Part shown: positions 25,901-38,155 of the stretch, piece after piece | How the letters are laid out: every line of letters begins with the position of its first letter | How positions within the stretch are numbered: the first letter of the stretch is position 1 | Assembly: GCA_964247055.1 (NCBI GenBank) | Contig: OZ176058.1 | Span: forward strand, 4,278,001-4,342,000 | DNA length: 64,000 bases | Direction: 5' to 3' | Source of the DNA: Paragordius varius | Taxonomy: Eukaryota > Animalia > Nematomorpha | The notes under the pieces: generated by a model | Database searches by the model: none | The model's input: the letters and a program-made list of their open reading frames with translations, nothing else | What the model was told of the DNA's origin: nothing | Made by a program: the position numbers and the translations under genes

Positions 25901-27227
25901 TATTTAAACGTGAATTTATTTTTAAATATAAAAAATATAGGTAATTTTTAGTAATTTATTGGGTGAATTTAAATTGTTCAAGGGGAATTTAAAATGTCTA
26001 AGGGTTAATTTAAAAATGGTATATATAGCAATTTAAAGTAACATTTTTTCACACGTGACCCTTATGAAGTATTCTAAGTGAACAAAACTCTGCTTAATAC
26101 GACGGGAAACTAACTACAAAAAAGTTAGCCTAATAAACTTTTGTTTAAACTGTCAGAAATAAAGTCAAAAATAATTCAATACATACCATTGTCTGAGGAG
26201 ATCGTCTGCCTTGGCACTGTCACGTGGTGTTGTTGATTTTCATTGGATAAGCTATTAACTGCAGGCGCAGACGAAACATTATTATTATTATTTAAATGAA
26301 ACGACGATGAATTGTTTAACAACGAGTTTGAAACAGAATAACCCACAGAAACAATTGATGATGTCTGAATTAAAGACGCCCCTGATGAATTATAAGAATT
26401 GAATGATGTGGAAGAATTTATATTTGAATCCGAAACGTGAACAGAAAAAGCAGGAGGAAAATTTGCAGATGATGTTTGATTTAAACACTCTGACGATGAT
26501 GGATTTGTTACAGTGTTGTTTGATGTTGAGATAAATGGGCCCAATGGATTATTATTTAAAGGTTGTTGTTGAATCTAAATTTGTAGGTATTATTAGGAAA
26601 AATTCACAAATGGTTAATAATGGTATGATTATTGATTTATATTACATTATCTAATAATACCTTTTATTACACCATATGAGAACAAATAGCATTTTCAAAA
26701 ATTGAACATAAATTTGATATTCTTTCCAATAAAAAACCAGTTTTAAAAAACCGAGCAAAAATTTATAATTTTAGTTTTTATATGTTTTAAATATTTTGGT
26801 AATATTTAAGTTAAACAATTGTTGTTACAAAAAAAATTTTAAAATAATAGAATAATTTACATTTTGTTGATTATAATCTGCAATGGTGGCAAGGTATACA
26901 AGATTCCTATGTAATACTTGTTGATATCTAAAAGATATATAAATCATTGCATTAATCTTATATTACAGTCATGTTTCCTTTATTTATAAAAAATTATTTT
27001 TTTTCGTTAAATGGGTATAAATATTTGGTAAAGAATGGAAAAAACAAGTATAGTATTAACCATATCATATTCATCAAAAAGTAAGAGAATTACCATAGAG
27101 TTCTTGTTTTTTCCATTCTTTACCAAATATTTATGCCCATTTAACGAAATAAAAATAATTTTTGATAAAATAAAGGAGGATACATGAATGTAAATATAGA
27201 GAGGCAAATAAAATTTTTAAAATGTTA

Positions 27228-27274
<47 letters not shown>

Positions 27275-28592
27275 ACAAATAAAACACTATAATTTTATAC
27301 ATATTAGTTATAGGGTGTCCAATGAGGTTCCTCGTAGGACACCAAAAAGAAAAAATAAAACAACATATTATCATGTAAATTTTAACGTTTTCTAAAGAAA
27401 GAGTTTCCAAACAAACGCAAAATGCAAAATATGGAATAGTGTTTTTTACTTGTTTTAATAAAAATAAAACATTTATTATTATCATATATTTTTTGAAGCA
27501 GGCTCGCAAAGTATTTTATATAAAGGAATTAAATATCTGATAGTAATCCAAAATACATATTTTTACAAGTTTGTCACTATTTTATCAATACTACAAAATA
27601 TATATTATTTATATTAAAAATTAATGAAAATACCATAAATTAATAAATACCATTTGCAATTCAAAATTACCCTTGAACAATTAAAATTCACCTGAAAATA
27701 ATAAATGTGTTTTGGGTAAATATAACTCATTATTAATATGTTATATGTCAATATGGCGTAGTTAATTATTCATTTTAATTCTAAACATAATTTCACTTTA
27801 TAAAATATTTAAAAAATATATATAATTTTAATCTTAAAAAACACATAATTTATTTTATAAATTATTAAAAAATGAATTGAATTGTAAATGGTATATTAAA
27901 TTTTTTATATTTGATTGTCAACAATTTAAAACCAATAAGAGGGATTATTGTATCTAATCAATTTCAGATAATAATTTTTGTTGAATAAAGTTTTTATTTT
28001 TTAATAGCACAAATTTATTAAAACTCTAAAAAATCTAAAATATTTTTAAAAAAAACTTACGAAACGCACTCGGCGGCATTTCCTTTGTTTTGATGTTCAG
28101 CAATACAAAGTATGAGATGCAAATTTTCATCCAAAAGCTAAATTTTTATATAAAAAATAATTATTAAAATAAAAAATATAACGTATTTTTTTTTAAAAAA
28201 ACTAATTCCACTTTGAATTTAATCTAAATTATATAGCAAATAATTAGATAGGAATATAAAAGAGATTTTTTAAAAATAGATAAAATATATTAATAGAGAG
28301 ATTTTCAAATAAAATACATACACTAAATATAAATTTAAAATTATCTAAAATTTAAAAGTAAAAAATAGCCAATATTGTTATTGATACTAGGATATTTAAT
28401 AAAAAATTTGCAATCAAATAGCTTAAATATAATATTGAGATTTTAAGTATGTCTGTATTTTAAAAAAATTGTTCTTTATATATTTTAAATTTTAGTAATA
28501 AAAATTAATGTAATATTTATTACTTTTTGAATGGTGGATGATGTAATCGGAGATTTTCGATCTTGCGAATTGTTCATAAAAACGGTAGACAT
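22912..28592 (-). CDS. SS18: SS18/SS18L1-like BAF (SWI/SNF) subunit: SSXT (SNH) domain plus long N/S/Y/P/Q/G low-complexity tail (592 aa)
   Basis: Exons 28592-28524, 28137-28061, 26927-26861, 26574-26187, 25084-24269, 23653-23404, 23023-22912; all GT-AG, phases consistent, 1779 nt. N-terminus MSTVFMNNSQDRKSPITSSTIQK LLDENLHLILCIAEHQNKGNAAECVS YQQVLHRNLVYLATIAD matches the SS18 SNH domain (human IQKMLDDNNHLIQCIMDSQNKGKTSECSQYQQMLHTNLVYLATIAD). Confidence 0.93.
23708..24104. mobile_element. MITE family B with expanded 21-mer arrays (SS18 intron 5)
   Basis: About 6 left and 4 right copies of the 21-mer in inverted orientation. Confidence 0.88.
25761..26019. mobile_element. MITE family B (SS18 intron 4)
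   Basis: Both arms, degenerate. Confidence 0.75.
27231..27269. repeat. (TA)n microsatellite
   Basis: About 19 TA units. Others at ~9530, 28975, 29045, 32305, 32440, 32900, 33640, 33820, 45315 and 46675. Confidence 0.95.
27650..27891. mobile_element. MITE family B (SS18 intron 2)
   Basis: ta|CCATTTGC...GTAAATGG|ta. Confidence 0.8.
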
Positions 28593-28866
28593 ATTCGTAA
28601 AATAATAATTGATCTAAAATTTATAAAATCGATATAGTTACTTTCTAATAACGAAATATATTAAGCACGAAAAAGCACTTTTATTGATAAGGTTTTGCTG
28701 ACATGGTGGGCTAATAAAATACTATCTTGATAAACTGATTAGTTACGAAAGAGTAATATATTTATGTTTAATATTATAGAAATTTTTGAAATAAACTCAT
28801 TAAAAACTTGTTGTGAAAATGTATTCTCCTATCGCTCGGTTTTCCGATAAAAAAAGTTTACCCAAA
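28593..28866. promoter_or_regulatory. Putative bidirectional promoter between SS18 and UQCRFS1
   Basis: Only 274 bp separate the two divergent predicted ATGs. Depends on the UQCRFS1 exon 1 call. Confidence 0.6.
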
Positions 28867-29045
28867 ATGGCTAAAACTATTATTCTCAATCAATACAATC
28901 CACATGCCTTAATCAAGAAAAATGTAAATATCTAACTCTATAATTACTGTTTTAGAGAGGAATTATTTAATATTATTATATATATATATATATATTGATA
29001 TATGTAGTTTTCTATATTTAAAATTTGAATATTTATGGTTTCAAG

Positions 29046-29077
<32 letters not shown>

Positions 29078-32000
29078 TAATTTTAGAAAGCCAAATTATT
29101 TAAAATCACATTTTTATTTTATAGTTGATATTGATATAAGAAATGAATAATACACATGACATATTTTTTGAAAAAAGATGCCCTCATTTTTAGCTTTAAC
29201 ACTTTATAACCTTTTCACGTTTTTGTCCTATTTTACTTTTTAGGGTAGTTTTATCCCACAGCTTAATTTTGTAAAAAAACTGTTTTATAAAATATATTTT
29301 AGTTAAAATTTATTTCTAAAACAACATCATTCTCATGTATAAGAAAAAGCTTTTATTTTTTACAGTTTTGTGCCTTCTATAGAGTCAAAAATTGGAACAG
29401 CTTTCAAACACGATTTAAACGATCAGCTGATATTAGAATCAGAATATATCAAGTTTTTAATGGTTAAACATATCCAAAAAACTTTCTAAAGTTATTTCTT
29501 TACATTATTTAACCACAATATACATTTATTTTCCTGTTGCATTAGCTATTTAAAGAAATTTATAGAAAATAAAATGGCGGTAAAAAAGTTTGAATTGAGG
29601 ATTTTTTTAAAATTTAATTTTTTTAAAAAAAAATTAGTATAATGCGCATAAAAGGCTAAAGAAAGCATATTTTTAAATTCGGCCTAATAGTACTTTTAAG
29701 ATATTCGAATATTTCGGATATTAAACCACCCCAAAAGGTAATGGAGTGTTAAATTTATCAACCACTTAATACATTTTTTAATTATACAATATATACAATT
29801 TAAAATTCACCCTTGAACAATTCAAATTCACCCTAAAAATATATTATGTGTTTTCGGGATAATATAACTCATTATTAGGAAATATACTTATATGGCATAA
29901 ATTATTATTTTTTCGTATTTTATTTATTTAAAACAATAATATTTTAAAATAAAGGTAATTTTTAATCTTCGAAACACATAATTGATTTTAGGGTAAATTT
30001 GAATCGTTTAAGAAAACTATTAATGGTACATATTCCCTATTTTTAAACTCAAAACGATGAGTTATGATTAAAATAAAATATGAAAGGAATTGACGATAAA
30101 AGTTTGCACTTTTATAACCTTAAAGAACCGAAATATAAAAAATTAGTTTATAAATACTTGATAGTATTTATTTTAAGGTAAAAATTTAGTCAACATGACA
30201 TGTGTGCGGATTAATTAAATTTAAAAATAATACAAGATAAATTACTTTCTATTTCTATCAATGAATTCTATGTGATTTATAAATAAAATAGCTTTTTTGA
30301 TTTTAGCTTCAAAAATACAATAAACTCGATTTTTTGCAAAAATATTGTAAAATAAGAATGGCATCAAAGTAGTGTGATATGGAACTTTTTTAAAAAAAAA
30401 ATTTTTTTTCAAAACTATTTTGGCTTATTTAAATAAAATAATAATTTGTATTAGGATAGAAGTAATAAAAATTTAAATTGCAACCATATCAACCTTAATT
30501 ATAGTATCGGATATTTAAATGCCCCAATTTCGAAGATTTGAATTAATAACTTTACATATATCATTTTATACTTTTTTTTGAAAAAAGAATTAAAATATTT
30601 TTTAATATATATATTACATTTCAGGGCAAAAAAATTATTGTTTTTCAGTTTTACTTGTAATTATAATTAAAAAAACGGTTTGATTGATAATATTTTTAAA
30701 AAAACGTTATTTAAAAAAATATTAAATTGATATGTAAATTTGTATAAGAGATAATTTTTTATATATTAATATATTTTATTATAATAAAAAAATATGTATT
30801 TTCTTATAAAATAAAAATTGTATAAAAATTATATAAATTTTTATGAAATTTTTATTTAAATATTATAATAAAAAAAATTATTCAATATTTAAATATTTTC
30901 AAATCATTTTTAGGATTTTCATTTTATAAATATTAATATATTATCGTATAATAAAAAAATTATTCAATATCTAAATATTTTTAAATTATTTTTAGGATTT
31001 ACCGCTTCCGGTTAAAAAATATCGATTTCCAGATCGGCCGATCCTGTTAACAGCTGATTCTATGGCCAAACGAATAATTTCTGGACAATTCCTAGCTAGC
31101 AATCCTTTCTTTGGTATTTTTTTAAACTTTTAAAATTTAAATTATTTAAATAAATTTTAATATTAGTTTATAAAATAATTTTATTGTAAAAAATATTTAA
31201 ATTTATATGTTTTTTTCAGTTTTTTAAAGTAATTCAAAGAAATTTTATATATTTGAGCCAAAGTTTTAAAAACTTTTATTTAAATATAAAAAAAACTTTA
31301 AATTATATAAAAATAGTTAAAAAGCTTTTAAGCGAAAATTTAAAAAAAATTAAAATGTAATCTCATTTTTTAAAATTATATTTTTTCAAATTTTTAAAAT
31401 AATTCTAAAAACTATTATAAAATTTTTTACAAATAGTGTAAAAAGCTTTAAAAGGTTTATTTTAAAATAAAAGAAACTATATGAAAAATAATATAAATAT
31501 TTTAGATAATAGTTTTTTAAAGTTTATTTATTATGGTTTCAATTAAATCCTTTTTTTAATACGCTTAAAATATATTATTTATTAACCTTTAAAAATTCAT
31601 CAAAAAAACTTTTTTAAAATTAATTTTTTAAAAAATTTATCAAAATTTCATATTTTTTTATTATATTTTTGTATTTTATTTTTTAATTTTTTTTTAAATT
31701 TTTAATTGTTTACTACTTTTTAACACATTATTTTATAAAAATAAATTAATTTTTTTTAATTTTATATTAATTTTATTATTTTTTTAAAATTTTTCATTTA
31801 AATTTTTTTTTATTTTTTTTAATTTTTATTTTATTTTTTTTTAAAAGTTTAGTTTTGTTTACTACTTTTTTACAAATTAAAGTTTTAATTTTTTGAATTT
31901 TTTTTTGTATTTATATAATATATTAAAAACAATTTATTTTTTTATATTTTTTTATTATTTTTAAAATTGAAATTTGTACTACTTTTACAATTTTTAAAAT

Positions 32001-32295
32001 TTTATTAGTATTATATTTTTAAAATTTTTTATTTTAAACCTTTTTTTATAATTTTGTTTTTTATTTTTTTTTTATTTTTTTCGATTTAGGATCCGCTCAA
32101 ATCAGAATGAGTCACACAGATTTAGAAACGCCCAATTTCGATGATTACAGATTGCCCAATACGATGGACCCGGAAACAGCTGCTCGCGAAACATGTGATA
32201 AACGAAAATTGTTTACATACATGTTCACAGCTGGTTTCACTTTTTTTAATTATTATTATTATTAGCTTTTGAGATTTTATTTTTTTATTAAAAGA

Positions 32296-32333
<38 letters not shown>

Positions 32334-32897
32334 AATTACAGTTCAAAATCACCTAAAATTATGTGTTTTTCTTAAATTAGTAATTATTTCAGTTTTTTAA
32401 TATTATTAGTTTAAGACTTTATTAAAATTAAATTTATATATATATATATATATATACCATTTACTGATCATATTCACCCTTGAACTTGAAGAATTAAATT
32501 TACTTTAAAATAAATTATGTGTTTTTTGTAAGATTAAAATTACTTTTATTTTATAACATTTTTAAAAAATTATTATAAATCTTTTTATATGTTTATATAT
32601 ATATATTATATATACAGTAAAAATTGATATTATACGGAAGGACAAAACGTAAAAATATAAAGACAAATATCTTTTTTCTAAAAGACAACCATAATTTTTT
32701 TAATCTTAATTTTGTAAATAAAACTCATTGTTTTAAACAACAAAGTATAAAATAGAGATGTATATTAATAATATAATTAATTAAATACATTTTATAATCT
32801 ATCATTGAGATGAGAATAATTTTAATTTAAAAAATGTGGTGTCTTTGAAAAAAAAATTTGTCTTTATATTTTACATTTTGTCCATATAATTTATTTT

Positions 32898-32935
<38 letters not shown>

Positions 32936-35900
32936 CATTTACACTTCGAATTCACCCTTGAACAACAATTCAAATTCACCCTTGAAAACAATTTAAATTC
33001 ATCCTAAAATAAATTATGTGTTTTTTGTTAGATCAAAAATTACCTTTATTATAAAATATTTTAAAATATGACTGTTTATTTATATTATTGAAAAATTAGT
33101 AAACTATGTCATAAAAATACATTTATATTGATAATGAGTTATATTAGTTCGAAAACATTTATTTTGTTTTTTAGGTAAATTTGTATTGTTCATTCAGTCT
33201 CGAACAATAAATCATAAAATGAATTATAAGTTTTTCAAAATAGGAATTACCTATATTTTTAGGATAATTTTTTAAAAAATTGAATTTTGTTTAAATTAGA
33301 ATAATAGTGAAAAAATAATGAACTATGCCATAGGAATATTCTTATTAATAATGAGTTATATTATATTGAAAACACATAATTTGTTTTTAAAGTAAATTTG
33401 AATTGTTCAAGGGTGAATTTTGTTTATGGGTGAATTTGAATTGTTTAAGGGTGAATTCGAATTGTAAATGGTATATGTATATTGAAACTCAAAACTTATT
33501 TATTTTTATATTTTACTTTTTAAATTTCATTTAAGTATTATTTCCTATCCAATTTTAAAAGTAGTTATACTTGAATATTAATATTAAATACTGTTATTAT
33601 GGTTAAACATATAAAAATACGATAAAATTAAATTACTATATATATATATATATTATTGGCAAAATATAATTTTATTTAAATTTTTAAATTATTATGGTTT
33701 TTTAACTTAATTATGTTTGTTGTTTTTAATATAAATAGTTTTTATAATAAATATTGTTAGAAAAATTAATAATTTTCAATAATTATATATGTTTTGGCTC
33801 TAAAATTTTAATTTAACAATATATATATATATATATATACTATGGGTCTCTTTTGTGTTATTAAATAATATATATTTTAATGAAAAATATGTTTTTATTT
33901 ATGTAATTTTTTAATTTGTTTATAAAAAGGAATTATATTTTAAATGTAAAATTTTAATTTTTTATATTTAATTTATATTCAAAAATAAAAATTATACACT
34001 CACATAATTAACAAAAAAATATACATGACTGTAATATACTTCTTAACTATAAATCGAATTACAGTAAAAACTCAAATTATACAGACAAAACGTATATAAA
34101 GACAAATATTTTTTTCTAAAATACAACCATACTTTTTAAATTTTGATTATTTGTAATATAACTCATTGTTATAAATGTCAAAGTTTAAAATAGGGATATC
34201 CAACACAATCAATTCTATATTTACAATTGTAACTAAATAATAGGTAAAATTAAGGTTTGAAAAAGTATGGTTGTCTTTTAGATAAAAATATTTGTGTTTA
34301 TATTATTACACTTTGTCCGTATAATTTCAGTTTTTACTGTAATATTAGTAATAATATGTATGTATTTTTTGTAAAAATTAATTTTAAATCTGAAAATTGA
34401 AGATGCGCAGGACTGATGCTTAAGGCTTAGAGCTATTCAAAGGGTTACCTCCTTCTTTGGGAGAAATAAAACTCTTATGTTGATAACGGTTGAATATACA
34501 TCTTAAAAAAAGGATTGTTTTTTATGTTACAATATTAATTTGCATAATTTAGATAAATTTTAACTTTAATAGGCCATCTCTTTATTGTTAAGTAACTAAT
34601 TTTTTATTAAATATACATCCCATTTATGTGATCAAAATAATCTTTAAAAATGTCTATCAAGTGTTGAAAGTTAATTTTTGCCGTATTTATATGTATTGAT
34701 GTTATATTTTTCGAAATTTGTTAGTTTTTTTAAATTTAATCTTTTATTTTGATTATAATTTTTTATTAAACGATAGTATTTTATATATAAAAGATTCAAT
34801 TTTTTTCTGTTTTTTTAAATCTTTAGCGGTAGGGGCTAGTGCAGTTTATGCAAGTAAGAATGTAGCAACTAAACTCATTTATACCATGTCCCCGGGACTC
34901 GATGTCATGGCTCAAGCTCAACTTGAGGTCGATTTAACGAGTAAGTACTTGGAATTTTTAAGTTCCACAAAAATTTTCAACACTTTATTGAAAACTATTG
35001 ATTTTAGCATTTTTTATAATTTGATTTTATTTATATTTAAAGGGTTTTTTTAAAATTATTCAAGGGTTTTTAGGCCTAAGTATATGTATAGCTCTAGGTC
35101 TACTTGAAGTTGATTTAACGAGTAAGTACTTGGAAATGGTTGTAGGTTTTGCACAATTTTTTTTAAAAATTAATTCAAAATTATTGATTTTAGCCTTTTT
35201 TATTAATTTTATTTATATTTAAAGGGTTTTTTATAAGCCTAAGTATATAGCCTAAGTCGAAGTCGATTTAACGAGTAAGTACTTGGAATTTTTAAGTTAC
35301 ACATATTTTTAACCTTACAAACTTTGATGAGAGATGTAATTTATCATCTATAATACAATCATAAAATTTTGGAAAGTTGATAAAAGTTATCCAATATTTT
35401 GGTTTTTTTTATCAGTTTGGGTTTCCTAATAGTTTATTTAAAAAACAAGTTTTACCTTTAAGCCTAAGATTTCTTTTGACAATTTTTTTGAAATTTTTTA
35501 TAGTAGACTGTAAAGTTTTTTTCCAGTTTTGGGTTTTTTAGGTTCTCAAAAACAAGTTTTTCCTTTTACCCTGAGAATTTTTATCTTTTGACAATTTGTT
35601 TTTGCTTAACTTTTAAATTTTTTAATATTTTAGCCATCCCGGAAGGCAAAACTGTCGTGCTTAAATGGCGAGGCAAACCTCTCTTCATAAAACACCGAAC
35701 GAGTACGGACATTAGCAAGGAAGAAAGTACAGACTTGACTCATTTGCGAGATCCTCAACCTGACTCTGTTAGGGTTCAAAAACCGCAATGGCTTATACTT
35801 ATTGGCATTTGCACGCATTTGGGTAAGATTTCAAGAAAAAAAAGTAGTATAAAAAAATGTTTCGAGGCAAAAAGTTTGAGATCTATAACATTGGCAAAAC

Positions 35901-37824
35901 ATATGAATTTTGGAGGATTTGTTCGGTAGATTTGAGGAAATAGATGAGTTTGAAATTTTTGAGGCGCTCTGAAGGTTATGAATAATACATTTTTTTGAAA
36001 ACTACGTTTTTTATATTATAGAGGACAAACTTGAGTGTATGAATAAAAACTTCAATGGCTCAAAATCTTTAATGGCTGGCTTATACTTGTTGGCATTTGC
36101 ACGCATTTGGGTAAGATTTCAAAGAAAAAAAAAGTTTTATAAAAAATGTTTCGAGGTTTGAGATCTATAACATTGGCAAAACACATTATGAATTTTGGAG
36201 AATTTGTTTGGTAGATTTGAGGAAATATAAGTGTTTAAAATTTTGGAGGCGCTTTGCAGGTTGTAAATAATACATTTTTTCGAAAAAGACGTTTTTTTAG
36301 TAAAGAGGACAAGCATGAGTCTAACTTACCTACGTTAGGGCTCAAAAACTTCACTGGCTAGTTTATACTTATTGGCATTTGCACGTATTTGGGTAAAATT
36401 TGAGAAAAATAAGTTTTCAAAAAAAATGTTTCGAGGCAAAAAGTTTGAGATCTATAATATTGGCAAAACTCATTATAAATTTTGGAGAAGTTTTTTGGGA
36501 GAATTGAGTAAATAGTTTAGTTTGAAAGTTTGGAGGCGCTCTAAAAATTGTGGATAATACATTTTTTTCGAAAAAGACTAGTAAAGAGGTCAAACTTGAT
36601 GTAAGTTACCTACGTTAGGGCTTAAAAACTTTTATGGCTGGCTTATACTTATTGGCATTTGCACGCATTTGGGAAAGATTTCAAGAAAAAAAGTAATATA
36701 AAAAAATGTTTCGAGGCAAAAAGTTTGAGATCTATAACATTGGCAAAACACATTATGAATTTTGGAGAAGTTTTGACTAAATACTTTGTTTGAAAGTTAT
36801 GGAGCTCTGTGAAGATTGTGATTAATACATCTTTTCAAAAAACACGTTTTTCTAGAAAAGAGGACAAACTTGAGTGTAAAATACCCATGTTTGGGCTTAA
36901 AACTTCACTGGTTGGCGTTTACTTGTTGGCATTTGCACGCAAAACTTTGCAAAGTTAAGTTGGATTGAGTTTAAAAAATATTGGGCCGTTATACTAAAAC
37001 TTATCTGAGCTTAATTTTATTGAAGGAGAAATTATAATTAAGTAGAACATTTCCTGGGAATCAAGGGTTTTCAAAGAGTTTTAAAATGTAAATAATTATT
37101 AAAATTAGATTTATAAACCTTATAGACGTTTTTTGTAAATCAATGAACTTAAAAATTTTGAGAAATCGCAAATTAGTTGGGCAGAGAAAAAAATTTATAG
37201 CCCTCAGTTTATATTATGTTAAATGCTCTCAAAATTTGTATATTTTAGGCTAGAGTAAAAAATTTATATAAAGATCCAATCGTTAGATGAATTACCTAGG
37301 TTGCATTAACTTAAATTGTTTAAGGACCAACTTGAAGTGTTTATCTTTTAAAGTGTAAATGGTAGGTGAGTTAAAAAATATGGTTGTTTGTTTTAACATT
37401 TTCTCCGTATGAACTTGATTTTTTACAGTTATTAATAAAAATAATGTTTTTTTATATTTTCTTAAATTAAAATATTATACCGATTTTATTTATATAAGTA
37501 TCCATTAAATATATATATATATACATTTATTGTATAAATAAGTTTATCGTTATCCATAATTGGCATATTTTTATATCCAATCAGCTGGTTCCAAATTTTT
37601 GCTTTCATATCATATAAACAGCTGTTTTAACTGTTTAACATATGTGTGTTAACCTAGGTTGTATACCCATTGCAAATGCCGGAGATTATCCTGGCGGATT
37701 TTATTGCCCATGCCATGGGAGTCATTATGACGGGAGTGGGAGGATTAGGAAAGGACCAGCTCCCCTTAATCTTGAAGTGCCCCCATATGATTTCGTGAAT
37801 GAAAATCTTGTGGTAGTTGGTTGA
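28867..37824 (+). CDS. UQCRFS1: Cytochrome b-c1 complex Rieske iron-sulfur subunit (262 aa)
   Basis: Exons 28867-28923 (least certain), 30996-31113, 32090-32233, 34827-34940, 35634-35822, 37658-37824; GT-AG, phases consistent, 789 nt. Contains [19 protein letters not shown], box I CTHLGC and box [11 protein letters not shown], and ends [15 protein letters not shown]. Confidence 0.95.
29200..29748. mobile_element. piggyBac-type MITE family P2
   Basis: TTAA|CACTTTATAACCTTTT ... AAAAGGTAATGGAGTG|TTAA. Relatives at 61813-62502 and, degenerate, ~49870-50260. Confidence 0.85.
29795..30026. mobile_element. MITE family B, degenerate
   Basis: 21-mer left arm and aatggta right end. Confidence 0.65.
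30040..30540 (-). mobile_element. piggyBac-type MITE family P1, degenerate inverted copy
   Basis: Shares ggtaaaaatttagtcaacatgacatgtgt, aatggcatcaaagtagt and aggatagaagta blocks with 52668-53243; ends approximate. Confidence 0.65.
31120..32085. repeat. Extreme A/T low-complexity intron (UQCRFS1 intron 2)
   Basis: Almost no G/C over ~950 bp; T-rich runs dominate toward the 3' end. Confidence 0.9.
32457..33471. mobile_element. Nested MITE cluster: family B arms at 32457, 32935 and to 33471, with family A at 32615-32902, separated by (TA)n
   Basis: Two B left ends, one complete B right end, and one full A copy, each abutting TA runs. Confidence 0.8.
34062..34339. mobile_element. MITE family A
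   Basis: Both TIRs, TA TSD. Confidence 0.9.
34915..35300 (+). repeat. Triplicated UQCRFS1 exon-4 3' end plus splice donor
   Basis: gatttaacga|GTAAGTACTTGGAA with donors at 34941, 35122 and 35275. Confidence 0.9.
35770..36940 (+). repeat. Tandem array (~285-bp unit, 5 copies) of UQCRFS1 exon-5 3' end plus donor
   Basis: tatacttattggcatttgcacgcatttgg|GTAAGA. GT kept at 35823, 36111 and 36393, mutated at ~36673; last copy truncated. Confidence 0.92.
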
Positions 37825-38155
37825 AGCATATGTTACGCGATCAGCTGATTTTACAGATTGAAATTTTCTTCATGTGTTTAACCTTAATGATTGCTTAGTT
37901 AAATACCTATTAAATAAATAGTAATTTGGTATTTTTATAACAGGTTAGCTGTATAGAAAATCTTTAATTTTTTAATTTGTTTAAAGAATAAGAATTTATG
38001 GTTCTACCGTGATAAATCGATAATGGTTATTATGAATTATTGTAAAATTAGTATGAGAACTTTGTGGTAGTTCGTTTAAACTCATGCCACGATCAATTGA
38101 TTTAAATAAAATCTATATATGACTTTAATATTGAACATAATGGTTAATTAGTTAA

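Noticed and set aside
27007-27509. Two minus-strand ORFs in SS18 intron 2
   Set aside because: Low-complexity intronic sequence including (TA)n; not phase-linked to the exon chain.
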